A stretch of 63,473 bases of DNA, filler included, from Chiloscyllium plagiosum (GCF_004010195.1; 3 parts of one record of this genome joined end to end with filler, not necessarily neighbours in it); one strand, 5' to 3'. Shown: positions 11,862 through 25,225, numbered from the whole stretch's first letter. The notes: generated from the sequence alone by a model not told the origin. Numbers and translations are program-made.

Positions 11862-13107
11862 CTAGATGGCCTCCTTTTTCCAAGGTCACAATTTCCCTTT
11901 CCACGTGGTCAATGATGCCCTCCAGTGCATCTCCTCCACAACCCCACCCCTCCCAACGCAACAAGGACAGAACTCCCTTGGTCCTCACCTTCCACCCCAA
12001 CAACCTCTGTATACGTCGCATCATCCTCCGCCACTTCCACCACCTACAAATGGACCATGCCACCAGAGATATATTTCCCTCCCCACCCCATCAGCATTCC
12101 AGAGAGACCATTCCCTCTGCAATTCCCTCATTAGATCCACACCACCTGCCAGTCCACACCCCACTCCCAACACCTTCCCCTACCACCTCTGGAAGTGCAA
12201 AACCTATGACCACACCTCTTCCCTCACCTCCATCCAAGGATCCTTCCGCTTCTGACAGAAATTTACCTGTATCTCCACCAATGTCATCTACTGTATCTGT
12301 TGTACCCAATGTGTTCTCCTCTACATCGGGGAGATAGAACATCAACTGGCAGATCATTTCAGAGAACATCTCCAGGACACCCACACCAACCAACTCCACC
12401 ACCCGTGGCTGAACACTTCAACTCTCCCTCCCACTCCACCAACTCTCCCTCCCACTCCACCTCCTCCATTGTCAAACCCTTACCACCCGACGCCTGGGAG
12501 AAAGAATGCCTCATATTCTGCCTTGAGACCCTACAACCACACGGGATCAATGTGAATTTCACGAGTTTTCCCATTTCGCCTCCCCCCCCACATTATCCCA
12601 ATCCCAAGCCTCCAACTCGGCACGGCCCTCCTGACCTGTCCATCACCTTTCCCATCTATCCACTCCACCCTCCTCTCCGACCTATCACCTTCTCCTTCAC
12701 CTTCATCTACCTATCGCTTTCTCAGACTAAACTCTAACCAACCGATGCCTGAAGAAAGAATGCCTCATCTTCTGGCTTGGGACTCTGCCACCGCGCGGGA
12801 TTAATGTGGATTTTGCCAGTTTCCTCATTTCCCCTCCCCCAACCTTGTCCCAATCCCAAGCTTCCAACTCAGCACCACCCTCTTTCCTATCTATCTACTC
12901 CAACCTCCTCTCCGACTTATTGCGTTCTGCCCCACTTTCATCTACCTATTGCATTCTCAGCTACCTTCCCCGCAGCCCCACCCTCTTCCCATTTATCTCT
13001 CAACCCCCCAGCCCACAAGCCTCATTCCTGATGAAGGGCTTATGCCCTAAATGTTGATTCTCCTGCTCCTCGGATGCTGCCTGACCTGCTGTGTTTTTCC
13101 AGCACCA
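11862..13107 (+). mobile_element. Penelope-like element 3' part: RT C-terminal/linker, GIY-YIG endonuclease, tandem pLTRs (decayed)
   Basis: NKDRTPLVLTFHP..., then NVIYCICCTQCVLLYIGE...ADHFREH...VAEHFNS (GIY-YIG). The 3' region is duplicated (about 12480-12720 and 12740-13107). Decayed hammerhead at 13028-13055. Confidence 0.9.
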
Positions 13108-13859
13108 TGACAACTATTTAGCAAATTTTAAAAAAGCAAAATGATAAAAATCAGCCAGTTTGTTTCACTGCCATTTGTAGGGAAAATGGGGATATGCGTT
13201 CCTCTTCTTCAAGATATTGATGGGGGATCTTTTACACATATCTGACAGCTCATAGATAATCCGAGAATCGACACTTCACACAGTTCATATTTCCTTCAGT
13301 AGTGCCCTGGAGGATTGGCCAGGTCAATGGGAGTGGAATTTACCTTGAACTATATATGAATCAGTCTCATCCCTGCAACCATCTGAAAGGTTAGCTCTTT
13401 ATATTCTTGGCCAAAGTGATTGAAATATGTCTGTTTAAACCTTCCATCTCTTAGCCTCCAATGGAGTAGGAAGTTTCAGGTTATTATGCTAGCTCCATCC
13501 ATCTTTTTCTCAAATAATTTCAATGTTTGTGTCACTCCTATTCTTCTTGAAGATCTGTTCCATATGATGATGATACCTTTTGCAGTTTGTTTCTTTGATC
13601 AGTTTTTTTCTTAAGGCTTCTCCTTTTTTTTATTGTTTTGCTTGTTTAACCGCAGTTGTAAGCTAATCATTATCTTCTCAGCCTTATTCGTGGAGTTATC
13701 TGTTACTGTCTTCAACAGATCCTGTGTGTGTTTGACTGATACAGTATTAGGTGTCTGTTTAATATCACTTCTTCTGAATGTTAACAGCCACATGCAATGC
13801 CTCAGCTTTGTATGATAAACCCAGGAACGAGTGAACCTTTCAAGATCCTTCCTTTGATG

Positions 13860-13969
13860 AAGTTAAAAATCACAAGACCTCAGGTTATCGTCCAACAGGT
13901 TAAACTATAACCTGACGTTGTGTGATTTTTAACTTGGCCCACCCTAGTCCAACACCAGCACCTCCACAT
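13860..13969. mobile_element. Miniature fold-back PLE family B element
   Basis: aagttaaaaatcaca...tgtgatttttaactt arms plus a 34-nt tail. TSD cttcct(t/a)tgatg at 13848-13859 and 13970-13981. Confidence 0.8.
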
Positions 13970-14052
13970 CTTCCTATGATGGTTAGCACAATCTTTATAC
14001 CCATCTTCTGAGGTTCTCACTTCTGTCATTCAGTCTAATCACACCATCAAAG

Positions 14053-14630
14053 AGTTGGGATGTCATGTTGAGGTTGTACAGGGCGTTAGTGGAGTAGTGT
14101 GTGCAGTTTGGTCACCCTGTTATAGGAAGGATATTATTAAGTTGGAGAGAGTTCAGAAAAGATTTACCAGAATATTACTGGGAATGGAGGATTTGAGTTA
14201 TAAAAATAGGCGGGATGGGCTGAGACATTGTTCACTGAAATGTAAGAGGTGATGTTATCGACGTTTGTAAAATCATAAGTGGTATAGACAAGGTGAATAA
14301 CAAAGCTCTTTTCCCTAGCGTGGGGGAGTTCAAACCTAGGGGCCATATTTTTAAGGTGAGAGGAAAAAGTTTTAAAAAAGACACGAAGGGCAGCTTTTTG
14401 ACACAGCGTATTGCGTGTGTGGAATGAACTGCCAGAGGAAGTGACGAATGCAGATACGGTTACAACATTTAAAAGAAATTTGGATAAGTACATGAATAGG
14501 AAATGTTTGAAGGGATATGGGCCAAATGTCGGCAAGTGGGAATAGCTTAGCTTGGGAACATGGCTGGCATGGACTGGTTGGACTGAATGATCTGTTTTCA
14601 CATGTATAACTCCATGACCCTATGATTCTA
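14053..14630 (+). mobile_element. CR1/HER1 LINE 3' end
   Basis: WSPCYRKDIIKLERVQKRFTRIL motif, 3' UTR and (ctatga)n-like tail. Confidence 0.88.
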
Positions 14631-15194
14631 TCAGGACAGGACAGAAAGCAGCCATATTATTCATCATTTCTGTACCATGTTCCTGAATGAGCATCTCATC
14701 TTGTGCCACTGTTTGCACACTTGCTCTGCTGGAACTCTGCAAGCTTTCCCTCTTCACACCCTCAGATCCTAACCACTCATTAATTAAAACATTTTTCCTC
14801 ATATTGCCATTGATTTATCTGTCAAACATCATAAATCAGTGTCACTAGTTAATTTTTCGTGCATACAATTCACCTCTTTATCTCTCTAACTTCCTCCAGC
14901 CCGAAAACATTGAGAGAGCTCCCCGTTCCTTCAGCTCTGGTCTCTTATCCATCCCCAGTTTTGTATATACTGTTTTCTTTGTGAACATACCACCTATATA
15001 TCAAGCTCTACTATTCCCTTCTCAGGACGGGGAAGCTGCAGCAGAGAAGGAAGGAAGGAGGAGGCATCCTGGAATATGTCTCTCTTTGAAATGCTGCCTG
15101 TTTGTGGACACCCAACCTTTAGCCTCAGAAAATGTTATCTACACATCACAGCTTCTCTCTGGCTTCCTACCTCTCTTTTTGCTTCTTTTATATG

Positions 15195-16280
15195 TTCATG
15201 AGATGTGAATATTGCTGACTATTTACTGCACATCCCTAACTACCCTGCAGAAGCTGGTAGTGAACTGCCTTCTTGAACCATTGCAGTCCTTGGGGTGTAG
15301 AGGGCACTCGCTGTGTTGATAAAAAGGGAGTTCCAGGATTTTGTTCCAGTGAAAGACAATGATGTACATCCAAGTGGAAATGGTGAAGACTTGAAAGGGA
15401 ACTTGCAGGTGGGTGGTGTTTCCATGTATCTGCAGCCCTTCCAGTAAAGGTGTTGAAAGGTGCTATCAATGGAGCCTTGGTGAGTTATTGGAGAATATCT
15501 TGTAAAATGGTACACACTGCTGCCACTGTATCTCAGTGTTGGAGAGACTGAATGGTGAAGGTGTAGATATGTTGCCAATCAATAGGGCTGCTTTGTCCTG
15601 GAAGGTGTCAAGCATCTTGAGTATTGTTGGAGCTTCAAGCAAGTGGGGAGTATTCCATCACACCCTTAACAACTAAATGTTGGCAGATGGGTAGTGAGTT
15701 ACTTACCCCAGGATTCACAGTCTCTGACCTACTCTTGTACCCATTGTATTTAGTTAGTCCAATTCAGTTTCTGGTCAATAATAACCCCTAGGTTGTTGAA
15801 AGAAAGGGATTCAGTGATGGTTATGTCATTGAATGTCAAGGGAATGTCCATGTTGGATTCTCTTGTGTTGAAGATGCTCATTGCCTGGCACTTGTATGAT
15901 TTTAATGTCACTTGCCACTTATCAGCTCAAACCTGGATATGGGCCTAGATTGATTCAGTATCTGAGGAGTTATGAATGGTGCTGAATATTGTGCAATTAT
16001 CAACAAACATCTCCAGTTCTGATCCTATGAAAGAGGGAAGATCATTGATAAAGCATCTGAAGTTGGTTGGGCCTAGGACGCAATCCTGAGGAACTACAGA
16101 GATGTCCTGGAGCTAAGATGATTGATCTTCAACTAACACAACCATCTTCCTATCTATCAAGTATGGTTTCAACTATTGGAGAGTTTTCTTCCTGAGTCAC
16201 ATTGACTCTTGTTTTGCTACAATTCCTTGACACCACACTCTTCACTTCTTGAATTCAGCTTTTTTATCCATGTTTGAACA
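15195..16280 (-). mobile_element. CR1/L2-group LINE RT C-half and 3' UTR (second LINE family)
   Basis: Minus strand contains VMEYSPLA, KMLDTFQDKAALLIG and PQDCVLGPTNF-type motifs. Homologous to 25131-25955. Confidence 0.75.
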
Positions 16281-17512
16281 CGGCACACAGTGCAAGACAA
16301 CCATTGAATGTGCAACCAATCTAAAGAAAACATGCGGCTACAAACTGATATCAGTTAGATGAGGGGACAGCACGACATTTGTGTCATGTGATTGCACCTC
16401 CCTATTCCTGCATTGCAAGATGGGCCTTACATTTAATTTTTAATAACCATTCCTTGCCAAGATATGTAGAATTATAGCTCCCTATATATTCTACACCAAT
16501 ATGATCACTCAGGAAGAAAATTTCCCTCCTCCAGCTCCCTCTTCCAGTAACTTGCCCAGCTCCGTGTCACCTCTGTTCACTCTCCTTGCTATTCTGTAGA
16601 CCAAGGAAAATGCACACTTCCACTGCATTCATGTCTGGGAGCAAAGTATTGTGCAGAAGCCTTAGTTAGGGTAAATTGTCCTGGAGTGCCTGCCTTATCA
16701 CACCCTGTTGACTTCAGGAACTTTAAACAACTGTGGGAACCACCAAATATTTTACAATCGCTGTAGGAATCAATCAACAACTCAACTGAAAATTGCTAAT
16801 GATCCCTTTAAATAATACTGATGGAGTAAGGGAGTTCTTCCTACTTCTAGAATATTTTAGGGTATTTAACAGAGGTCATTAACTGGAGCCATGAATTACG
16901 ACATAGCAATGCTGGCAGCAAAAGTAGTTATGCACTGACTGATGTCCCCATCTACTCACTTTGTATCCCTCTAAGGAATATAGCCCACACCTGTGCTCAT
17001 GTGCTGATCGAAATGGCATCCAATGCAACCTGCTGCTGGGTTCTGTCTGTGCACATGCTGACAATGTCATGTTCAAGCCTAAGTGCCAACTGTGGAGCAG
17101 CAAGACCAGGTGCTCTGCATCTGAATCTTTTGGCCACAGGTCCCATGGTTGTCCTGGTTTTGTACAGTTGAATTGAATTAATTTAGAACAAATCAGTCAA
17201 TCTCCTGAAACATAATTCCAAACACTGTGAAATTGTGCATATCATAAATCCATTTGCAGCTCTCACTAACTCGTCCCATGTGAGAATGGCTTTCACATTC
17301 TTGTTGCCAGTTTAAACAGCACACACGAGCGTGGTCACACACATTGAGGCTTTATATGAAAACTGCAGCCTCCCCTTTGTATTAAGCACTTGCTTTATGT
17401 TTTAGGAAGGAACCAGAATTATTCCGAGAGCATGTTTAGAATGTTATACACTGACATTTTCATCAGTTCCATATGTTTTAATTTTGATTTTTCCCAGCTT
17501 TTATTTGATGAC

Positions 17513-17735
17513 AAGAAACAAAAAAAAAATCAGCAGACGCTGGAATCCAAGGTAGACAAGCAGGACCCTGGAAGAACGCTGCAAGCCAGGCAGTATCAGA
17601 AAGTGGAAAAGTCAATGTTTCGGGTATAAAACTTCTTCAGGAGTCCTGAAGAAGGGTTGAAGCTGAAACGTTGACTTCTCCACCTCCTGATGCTCCCTGG
17701 CTTGTTGTGTTCATCCAGCCTCCTGCGTGTCTATC
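17513..17735. mobile_element. Palindromic PLE-derived element (family D) with two head-to-head hammerhead motifs
   Basis: Arms 17551-17641 and 17643-17735 are centred on cttcttcagga-g-tcctgaagaag. Motifs at 17614-17640 (-) and 17646-17672 (+). TSD tttatttgatgac at 17500-17512 and 17736-17748. Confidence 0.85.
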
Positions 17736-18354
17736 TTTATTTGATGACTGACAATGGGTTGAGGATTGCTTTGTCCAGTGAAAGTAGGAATTTTAGAACA
17801 AGGTCCTCCCCAGTGACCAGGCCCTCCCTGGATCTGTGAGCCTAGATAGAGCCTGAGTTGCCTTTGCTTACCTGCCTGCCATTGGCAAGAGAAGCAGGAG
17901 CCTGCTTTTGTAAGTCTTCCTCTTCTGCACAGTGACCCAGTGAAAGTGTTAGTGATGATGTGTAGTGCTTCAGAATGTGGTTCATATTCTCCAGGGCCCA
18001 CCAAGAGGAGATATCCATAAACACTCAGGTTGGAAAAACCGTTACCCTATTGTGATATAACTCCAGCCTCCTGCATGTGTCTGAACTCATGGAAAAAATT
18101 CAGCTGCAGTTTGTCCTTCAGAAAATAAGTCCAGCGTCCAGCATCCAGCTGTATTTCAAATACTATCAACATCTATATACCAACTGTTCAGAGTATTGAT
18201 GACACTTTGCAGTGTACCACGTGAACTTTTGAATTTTAAAATTCTTACCCCTGTTTTCAACTCCTTCCAAACTCTTGCTCTCCCAATCACTGTAACCTCC
18301 TCCAACCCCATAGCCCTCTAAGAGGGCCCAATTCCTCCATTTCTGTTGCCATCA

Positions 18355-18552
18355 GAAATGGTGGAGGCTGGTACAATTACAACATTTAAAAGGCATCTAG
18401 ATGGGTATATGAATAGGAAGAGCTTAGAGGGGTATGGGCCAAGTGCTGGAAAACCGAACTAGATTTATTTAGAAAACTGGTCAGCATGGATGAGTTGGAC
18501 TGAAGGGTCTGTCTCCCTGCTGTATATCTCTCAGACCCCATGACTCTATGAT
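18355..18552 (+). mobile_element. Short CR1/HER1 3' fragment inserted in an L2 remnant
   Basis: gtggaggctggtacaattacaacatttaaaaggcatct... ending catgactctatga. Confidence 0.8.
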
Positions 18553-20083
18553 GCCTTGCATGTTCCAAATTCCATTCCATGGAGGCTGGACCTCAGTTAT
18601 CTGGGTCCTATAGTCTCTGCCTACTTTCCTCCATTAACACCATATTTAAGCCCTACCTCTTTGGCCACATTTTTGCCTCACCTATCCCAATGTCCTGTTG
18701 GGTGGCTAGGTTACAAATTCAGTCAGATAATCATTCTGCTTGTCACAACCATATGCCAAATGTCCTCAGTCTGTGGTTCATAAATGAAAAGTGATGTAAG
18801 CTTGTATGTAACTCTGTTTTACTTTCCGGACGTCTTAATTTAAAAAAAATGCAACACAGCTTAATGTCTTAAATAAAATAAAGGGTGAATTTATTTATTA
18901 GACAAGTATTGCTGGAGAGGTATTTCTGTAAAAAGTGATTATCTTATTAGCCTCAATAAAGAAACAAAGATTTAACGAAGAGCTAGAAATTCATGTAGAG
19001 ATGAAATGAAATCTGTCTCTGCTATTATTGCGGCTTGGTTGAAGAATTACTTCTGAAGTGAAGGAGTTTAAAACTTGAGTTCACATTCAGCAGCTGTGAT
19101 GGCTTCTGTGGCTGAATAACTGGAAATTGCTCCCACAGTTTGGTGGAGGAGAATAGGTCTGAGGACTGAATGAATGCTGTTATGTTTCACTTTTATGGCA
19201 TTGCAGAAAGTGGCATTTAGTCACCTCATTTAGTCCACTGGAAACCTCCCTATGACTCCTTGTTAGTGTTCAGACAATTCTCCTGAGATTTATGCACAAC
19301 ACATTGTTGCTAACAGCTGGAATTTTATACAGTTCAAATGTTAAAAGTGTCTTCTATCCCAAAATTGTAGAATCATGTTTCCATTTTAGGCGTTTGGGTA
19401 ACCCAGGTCTCAGAAGCACAGACCCACTCATTATCTCCCAGTTGAGATAATTATCTTTGTAGCTGTCTCAGCCAATATTGTAGATGGCTATCATTCAATC
19501 AGGTTTTTATTGACTTAGGAGGGTCCATTCACACCTCCAAGGAAACCATTGCCAATGAGTTCCTGTTTGACCTTCGAAATGTTTGTTCAGTCTCAAGTTA
19601 TCCCTTGCGATTCTTCTTGAGGCATGTACTGTCTGTTCTTATTTCCAGGTGAAAACATGTGGGAAGGCAAGTAGTCTCTGTGAGGCAGTTTGTGAGACCT
19701 CTTGTGTCATTTTAAAGAAATATGAACTTTCTTTATAAAATATGATAACTATACATTCATGACTTGGCATTGCTGGTGGAATATAAATGCAAGTTGCTGA
19801 ATTTTAATCTGTTTCACATTATACTTTCTGGGGAATATGTTTTGTAAGATCTCCCCTTTATGTTTCCTGCATTATTTCCCTTATTATTCATTCACCTCGG
19901 TACACTGAGATTAGTTCACAAGATTGATTGGACACTCCAAAGATACTTGTCTGCTCCTAGATCAATCTTGCAATGGAATGTGTGTGGTGTCTTCTACTCC
20001 TGGTCAAACACAGACAAGATTATATGATGAAATGAAGTTGATTGGGACTTGTGCCCACATGGGTACATTTGGAAAATCATTGT

Positions 20084-20250
20084 ATCCCTACAAAGTGGAA
20101 TAAGGCCATTCAGCCCATTGAGTCCACACTGATCCTCCAAGGAGCATCTCATCCAGATCCACTCCCTTACCTTAACCTCGTAACCCTACAATTGCTACGG
20201 TCAATCCACCAACCTAAATAGCCCTGTACACTATGGGCAATTTAGCATGG
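20084..20250 (-). mobile_element. Truncated HE1-type SINE (3' half)
   Basis: atccctacaaagtggaataaggccattcagccc...cactatgggcaatttagcatgg matches the other HE1 copies. Confidence 0.7.
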
Positions 20251-20574
20251 CAGTCAACAGAGAGGATTCAAACACAAAACCAGTTGGCTTCCTGAAATGT
20301 TGGTTTTCTGTCTCAGTCATTCACCTTAGGAGAGCTGAGAGATAAATGAATAGACCTCTTTAAAGTGAGGTCAATCATAAGAGAGAAGATAGTGTGCCCT
20401 TGGGTGTCTTTCCAAGCAGGACTCAGATGTAGAAAGTTTTATGGGGTTCCCTACCCTGCCCCTTGACAGAACACATGCATCAAAAAGCTTCTCTCCGCAG
20501 ACCTGTCTCCTCCGACATCCTGAGGAATACTAGGCTGGAACTGTTCCAGGCCCTGTTTGTAATTTCTGGACCAT

Positions 20575-20995
20575 ACCTTGGGTGGCTATTGAGCTCCATC
20601 ACATAGTCCTGCGTTCAAGCCCCACTCCAGAGACCTGACCATTTAATCTAGGTTAACAAAACAGTGCAGCACTAAGGGAGTGCTACACCATGAGGCATAT
20701 GATAAGAAAAGGCCCTGTTTACTCTCTTAGGCAGATGTATATGATCCTCTGGAACTGTGCTACAAATTAATAGGATCCTGGGCAATATTTATCCATCATT
20801 CAGCATCTCTGGGACAGATGATCTGTTTGTTATCACATCATTATTGCTACCAATATGTCAGTATGCGAGCATTCTCTAAACATGAGCAGCTGAGGGTTGG
20901 CTCATTTTCACACCTTACAATCGTGATGACATACCAAACCTATTGCCTCTGAATGACTGTGGAATATTCTGAGGTAATGTAAATAGGTCTTTTTT
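20575..20995 (+). mobile_element. DeuSINE/SacSINE-like ancient SINE
   Basis: B-box-like gcgttcaagccc, then actaagggagtgctacac...cctgggcaatatttatcc...acagatgatctg...ttatcacat resembling the Deu core. Related remnants at about 13140-13350 (-) and 60270-60370 (-). Confidence 0.55.
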
Positions 20996-22399
20996 CCATC
21001 TGTTAGTGGAATTCATTCCCTATCCTGCTGAACTCCCTGATCTCTTTTCTATGAAAATTTATGAGGGGCTTTTCTAAGTCCATGTGGCCTACCCTCAAAA
21101 TCCATCACATTGTTAACTTGCATTGCACAGATAGCTTTCATGGCCTTATCTTTCTCCAAGTGTTTGCCTGGGTCTCAGAACTGTGTCAATTTAATTGTGA
21201 AGAAACATAAGGTCAATGCAATGTAAATGGGGAAAACTATCTACATGAAGAAGGAAGGAGATCTCCTGTTTTATATACATCCCAGTCATTTTCATGCAGT
21301 ACTTACAAGCTAGAAACAGGCCATTCAACTCAACAGGCCCATGTTAATGTTTACATTTCCTACAAACCTGCCCCTTTTACAATCAGGTCAATGATTAGTG
21401 GGAACTGCAACTGAGAATGTAGCATGATATCAAGAGTGGGGGTGATTGAACTACACAATCAGTTAAATGGAGTATGAAGTGGGCAATTTTCATGTCCAAT
21501 TCATACTTCAGCTACCAGCTACTCTTTCTCTCGAGTCAGATGTTTTGTATTAGTGCTTGAGTTCAAAAGCCAGATTGCCATAGAATGAACGATGGGGATT
21601 TTATTGAATGAGTGATTGGATTACAGGTTACAGGCAGTGGAATCTGGAGTCAGCATGGTCTGTAAGATAAAATTTCATCCTATTGATCTAGCCATAAAAT
21701 CCCGGACCACACGTTAACGTGCTGCTGTTGGCTCATTCCCAGATGGTTCTTTATGTTCTCAGGATGTGAAGGGAGTCAGGAAGGCAGTATTAATGTTCCA
21801 TCATGAAATGATCTGAGAAAGTGGGTGGCCTCTCCTAGCTTTGTGCTTTAAGTCACCAAGACGATTGCGAGGCCTTTCAGAAGCCATGAATCGTTTACTG
21901 TGCAGTGTGTGCAGAGGAAACTCCATTGACCAAAGGACACAGGTGGAGAGTATTTCATTCAGTTAATTGAATGCCAGATAATCGATGCTGGAAAACATAG
22001 TTAGTCATACAGCGGGACCTCGTGATCTTGTTCGGATGATCCAAAGTTCAGTTAATCGAATGCTGAATAATCAAAGCTCTTCTGTATTTGGCTCAATCAA
22101 AATCAGGTTTAGGATTTCTGCAACAATGGGCCAAATTGTCTCTCTCTGCACTGTAAACTTCTGTTGTGCCTTAACAGAATTGCAATTATGCTACTGGAGA
22201 AGAAGGAAAGCAGATGTCTGAACTGAATTTGGTTGCTTACAAACTGTGAACAAATTTATTATTATCTTTTCCAAGAAACAAAGCTCTCCAACAGCTGGTA
22301 ATATTGTAAACCTTCACTGGCTCCAGGCAGCCTCTGATACTTTTGACAAAGTAAGATTTGGGCATTCTCAAGCAGCTGACATATTGATCATTATTACAA

Positions 22400-22935
22400 G
22401 GGGATGCGTATGAGTTATGACCATCCTATAGAGCCTCAGTGAGACCACCCCTGAAGTATCATGTGCAGTTTTGGTCTCCTTGCTAAAGGAAAGATTGAAG
22501 GGGTGCCACGTAGGTTCATTAACTAATTCCTGGCACGGAGGAAGAAAGATTAAACAGCCCTTTTGCTCTCTCAAGTTTAAAAGAATGAGAAATGACCACA
22601 CTCAAGTATATGAAAATCTTATAGGAATCCATAGGGTAAATGTAGGAAGGATGTTATCTCTGGCTCGAGAGGGAAGGATCTAGAATGAAGTCACACAGTC
22701 TCAAAGTAGGAGTCTGACCAATTAGAGCTGAGTCAAGGAGGAATTTCTTCACTCAAAGGGTGGTGAATGTTAGAATTTTTTGTCCAGAGCATTCTGAAGG
22801 CTCAATTGTTGAGAATGTCCAAGATGGATTTGATAGATTCCTACATGATAAGAACATCAAGGGATATCGTCCAGAGTGGTGGAGTGAATCAAGGGGCTGA
22901 ATGGCCTATTTCTGCCTCTAATTCTGATGTTCTTA
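22400..22935 (+). mobile_element. Old CR1-group LINE 3' remnant
   Basis: Decayed VRPPLKYHVQFWSP motif and the typical 3' UTR aggaatttcttcactcaaagggtggtgaat. Confidence 0.7.
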
Positions 22936-24582
22936 ACTTCCCAGTGACTGTCAGTTTGCCTCAGAATCCAAGTTTGATTCTATTTTGATGTACAGAAATA
23001 GGTGGACAGTCAAGAAATTAATGGTGGTGGTATAGAAGATGACATGCCATGAACTCTAAATTCGGGCATTCTGACAGTTGCATTTATTAGGCAGCTATAA
23101 GTCAGAGCTTTCCAAACTGTGGGTGACAATGGGGTCAGCTAAATCTGGGGGGCGGTCACGACTTCCAAAGGTGTGAGGCTGGTTTGCAGGGCAGCAGGAT
23201 GTCTGAGAGCAATTACGGAAGTGTTAAACCTCTGGGCTTAGCTCATGGGCTGGATACTCTCTCAGTTGGGATCTTCAGTATGCAAAGCAGTCAATCCGGT
23301 GAAAGTAATCCCCATTGGCAGGCTAATCAGCCAACCATTGCTCTTATTCAAGAGCAATGAGGTCAAGGTCCTGACGCAGCTGGGTGTAACTGGTTTCTTC
23401 CCTCCCCAGTGCTCGAGACCCACTCCCCACTGCAGGTTTGCTACAAATAAGTTCATCCCTCCACCACCCCCTCCATGCCACCCCCCACCGGCCTTGGTGG
23501 CAGATGAGGAATGAGAGGCCATGAGGAGCAATAGCAGGACATGGGGTGTCAGAGGGGGTGTAGAGGGATGTAGAGAATATAGAGGTGGCATGTGGAACGG
23601 GTAGAGGAGTCTACAGAATGCAGGGCATAGAGAATGGGTAGAGGGACATAGGGAATATGGGGGGCATAGAGGGTGAGTAGGTGGCATAGAATGACATGGG
23701 AGTTTGAGGGGCCAGTGGGTAGAGGAGCACAGGATAACACATTAATTATGACGTGGCATAGATAGGTATGGATGGGGCAGAGTGAGCATGAGGTAGGAAG
23801 GGAATCTGAGGGGTGAGGGCTGGAGAGATGTTTAAATTCATCCATGTGGTATTAAGCTGCAGGACAGTGCTGATGTAGGGAAGCAGCCGTCTCCACCTTT
23901 GATCCGAACTTACCCACCCCTCCAAACCACCACCTCCACCCCCACAACCACTACCACCACCACCACCACACACCCCCATCCAGGAGCCCCAGCACCCTAG
24001 AACAAGTCCGTGCCAAGTCCGTTTTTCCCAGGTTGGGTCTTGTGGAGCCTAGAAATGTCCTGGCTTCTGAAGAGTTAGAGAAATTGGGGCCAAGAAGTTG
24101 TTCCTTGGGGTTGAGCTTCACTGGAACACAATAACAGGTTGTGGACAGGGAGGTCAGTGTGGGAGCAATCAAAATGTCAAGTCACCAGATCCTGGAGTTG
24201 TGCCTGGAAACTGAATAGTCCATTTTGATGAAAGGTCACCGACCTGAAACAATAACTTCATTTCTCTGCAAAGATGCTGGCTAACCTGTTAAATGATAAC
24301 TTCTGTTTTTTATGTGCCTATGATTCGTTTGGAATCAAATACTCCATTCGAATATATTCAACAACTGAACATCCACAGTCTCTGCGGCAGAGATTCCAAA
24401 GCTTCACGATCCTCTACCTGCAGAAATTTCTCTTCATCTCCCTCCAAAATGAACAATCCTTTCTCCACGATCGGATACTGGGATTGGGAGCATTAATTTT
24501 CTAAGTGCCAGTGTTTAAGGATTAAAAATCAAAAGGTCCGGTGATTCAGACAAAGTGAGCTTTCCCAGCCCCCACCATTATT

Positions 24583-24925
24583 GGACTGTGGCTCAGTGGT
24601 TAGCTTTGCTGCCTCTCAGCACCAGTCCTGGGTTCAATTCCAGCCTCAGCTGACTGTCTGTGTGGAGTTTGCACATTCTCCCCGTGTCTATGTGGGTTTC
24701 ATCCGGGTGCTCCACTTTCCTCCCACAATCCAAAGATGTGCAGGTTAGGTGAATTGGCCATGCTAAATTCCCATAGTGTTAAGGGATGTGTAGGTTAGGT
24801 GCATTAGTCAGGAGTAAATATAGAGTAATAGGGGAATGGGTCTGGGTGGGATACACTTAAGAGGGTCGGTGTGGCCTCACTGTGCTGAAGGGCCTGTTTC
24901 CATGCTGGAGGGATTCTATAATTCT
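24583..24925 (+). mobile_element. HE1-type V-SINE
   Basis: A box tggctcagtgg, B box ggttcaattcc (24631-24641), conserved core and gattctat tail. Confidence 0.9.
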
Positions 24926-25020
24926 GTGGGCCAGTGTACAATCTGGGGTGAGATATTTGTTAATCTTCCTTGTAATGTGCCATGTTGATTTACTGTTGAG
25001 AAGTGTTGTTTTTAGGTTTG

Positions 25021-25116
25021 TCTGTCTCACTGTTGAGTAATAACAGTGGGAGTGACTGACTGTCTCACTATGGGTAATGACAGTGGGAGTGACTGACTGT
25101 CTCACTGTTGGTAATG
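25021..25116 (+). repeat. 37-38 bp tandem repeat (about 2.5 copies), each unit a hairpin
   Basis: ctgtctcact starts at 25022, 25060 and 25097. tctcactgtt...aacagtggga is self-complementary with one G-U pair. Confidence 0.85.
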
Positions 25117-25225
25117 ACTCTATGACTCTAGGAATGCTTTTCAACAAAGAAAATGTTACCCTATCAACTTTCTGAGGGTTACAATTGACCAGAAATTGAA
25201 CCAGACTAGCCACATAAATACAGTG

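Noticed and set aside
13450..13850. Lys-rich minus-strand reading frame (13611..13793)
   Set aside because: No recognisable domain and stops or frameshifts nearby. It may be a decayed TE but cannot be assigned.
16862..16940. NYDIAML peptide resembling the trypsin-family catalytic Asp motif
   Set aside because: A stop follows within a few codons, with no suitable donor and no other protease motifs nearby.
23100..23990. Pro/Gly-rich ORFs and possible DNA-transposon remnants (also about 5420-6070, 33640-34700 and 53290-53790)
   Set aside because: Low-complexity G/C-skewed sequence. Resemblance to decayed Harbinger or hAT elements is too weak to support with TIRs or TSDs.
24588..24645. tRNA gene
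   Set aside because: The A and B boxes belong to SINE heads followed by SINE core and tail. No complete cloverleaf is evident.
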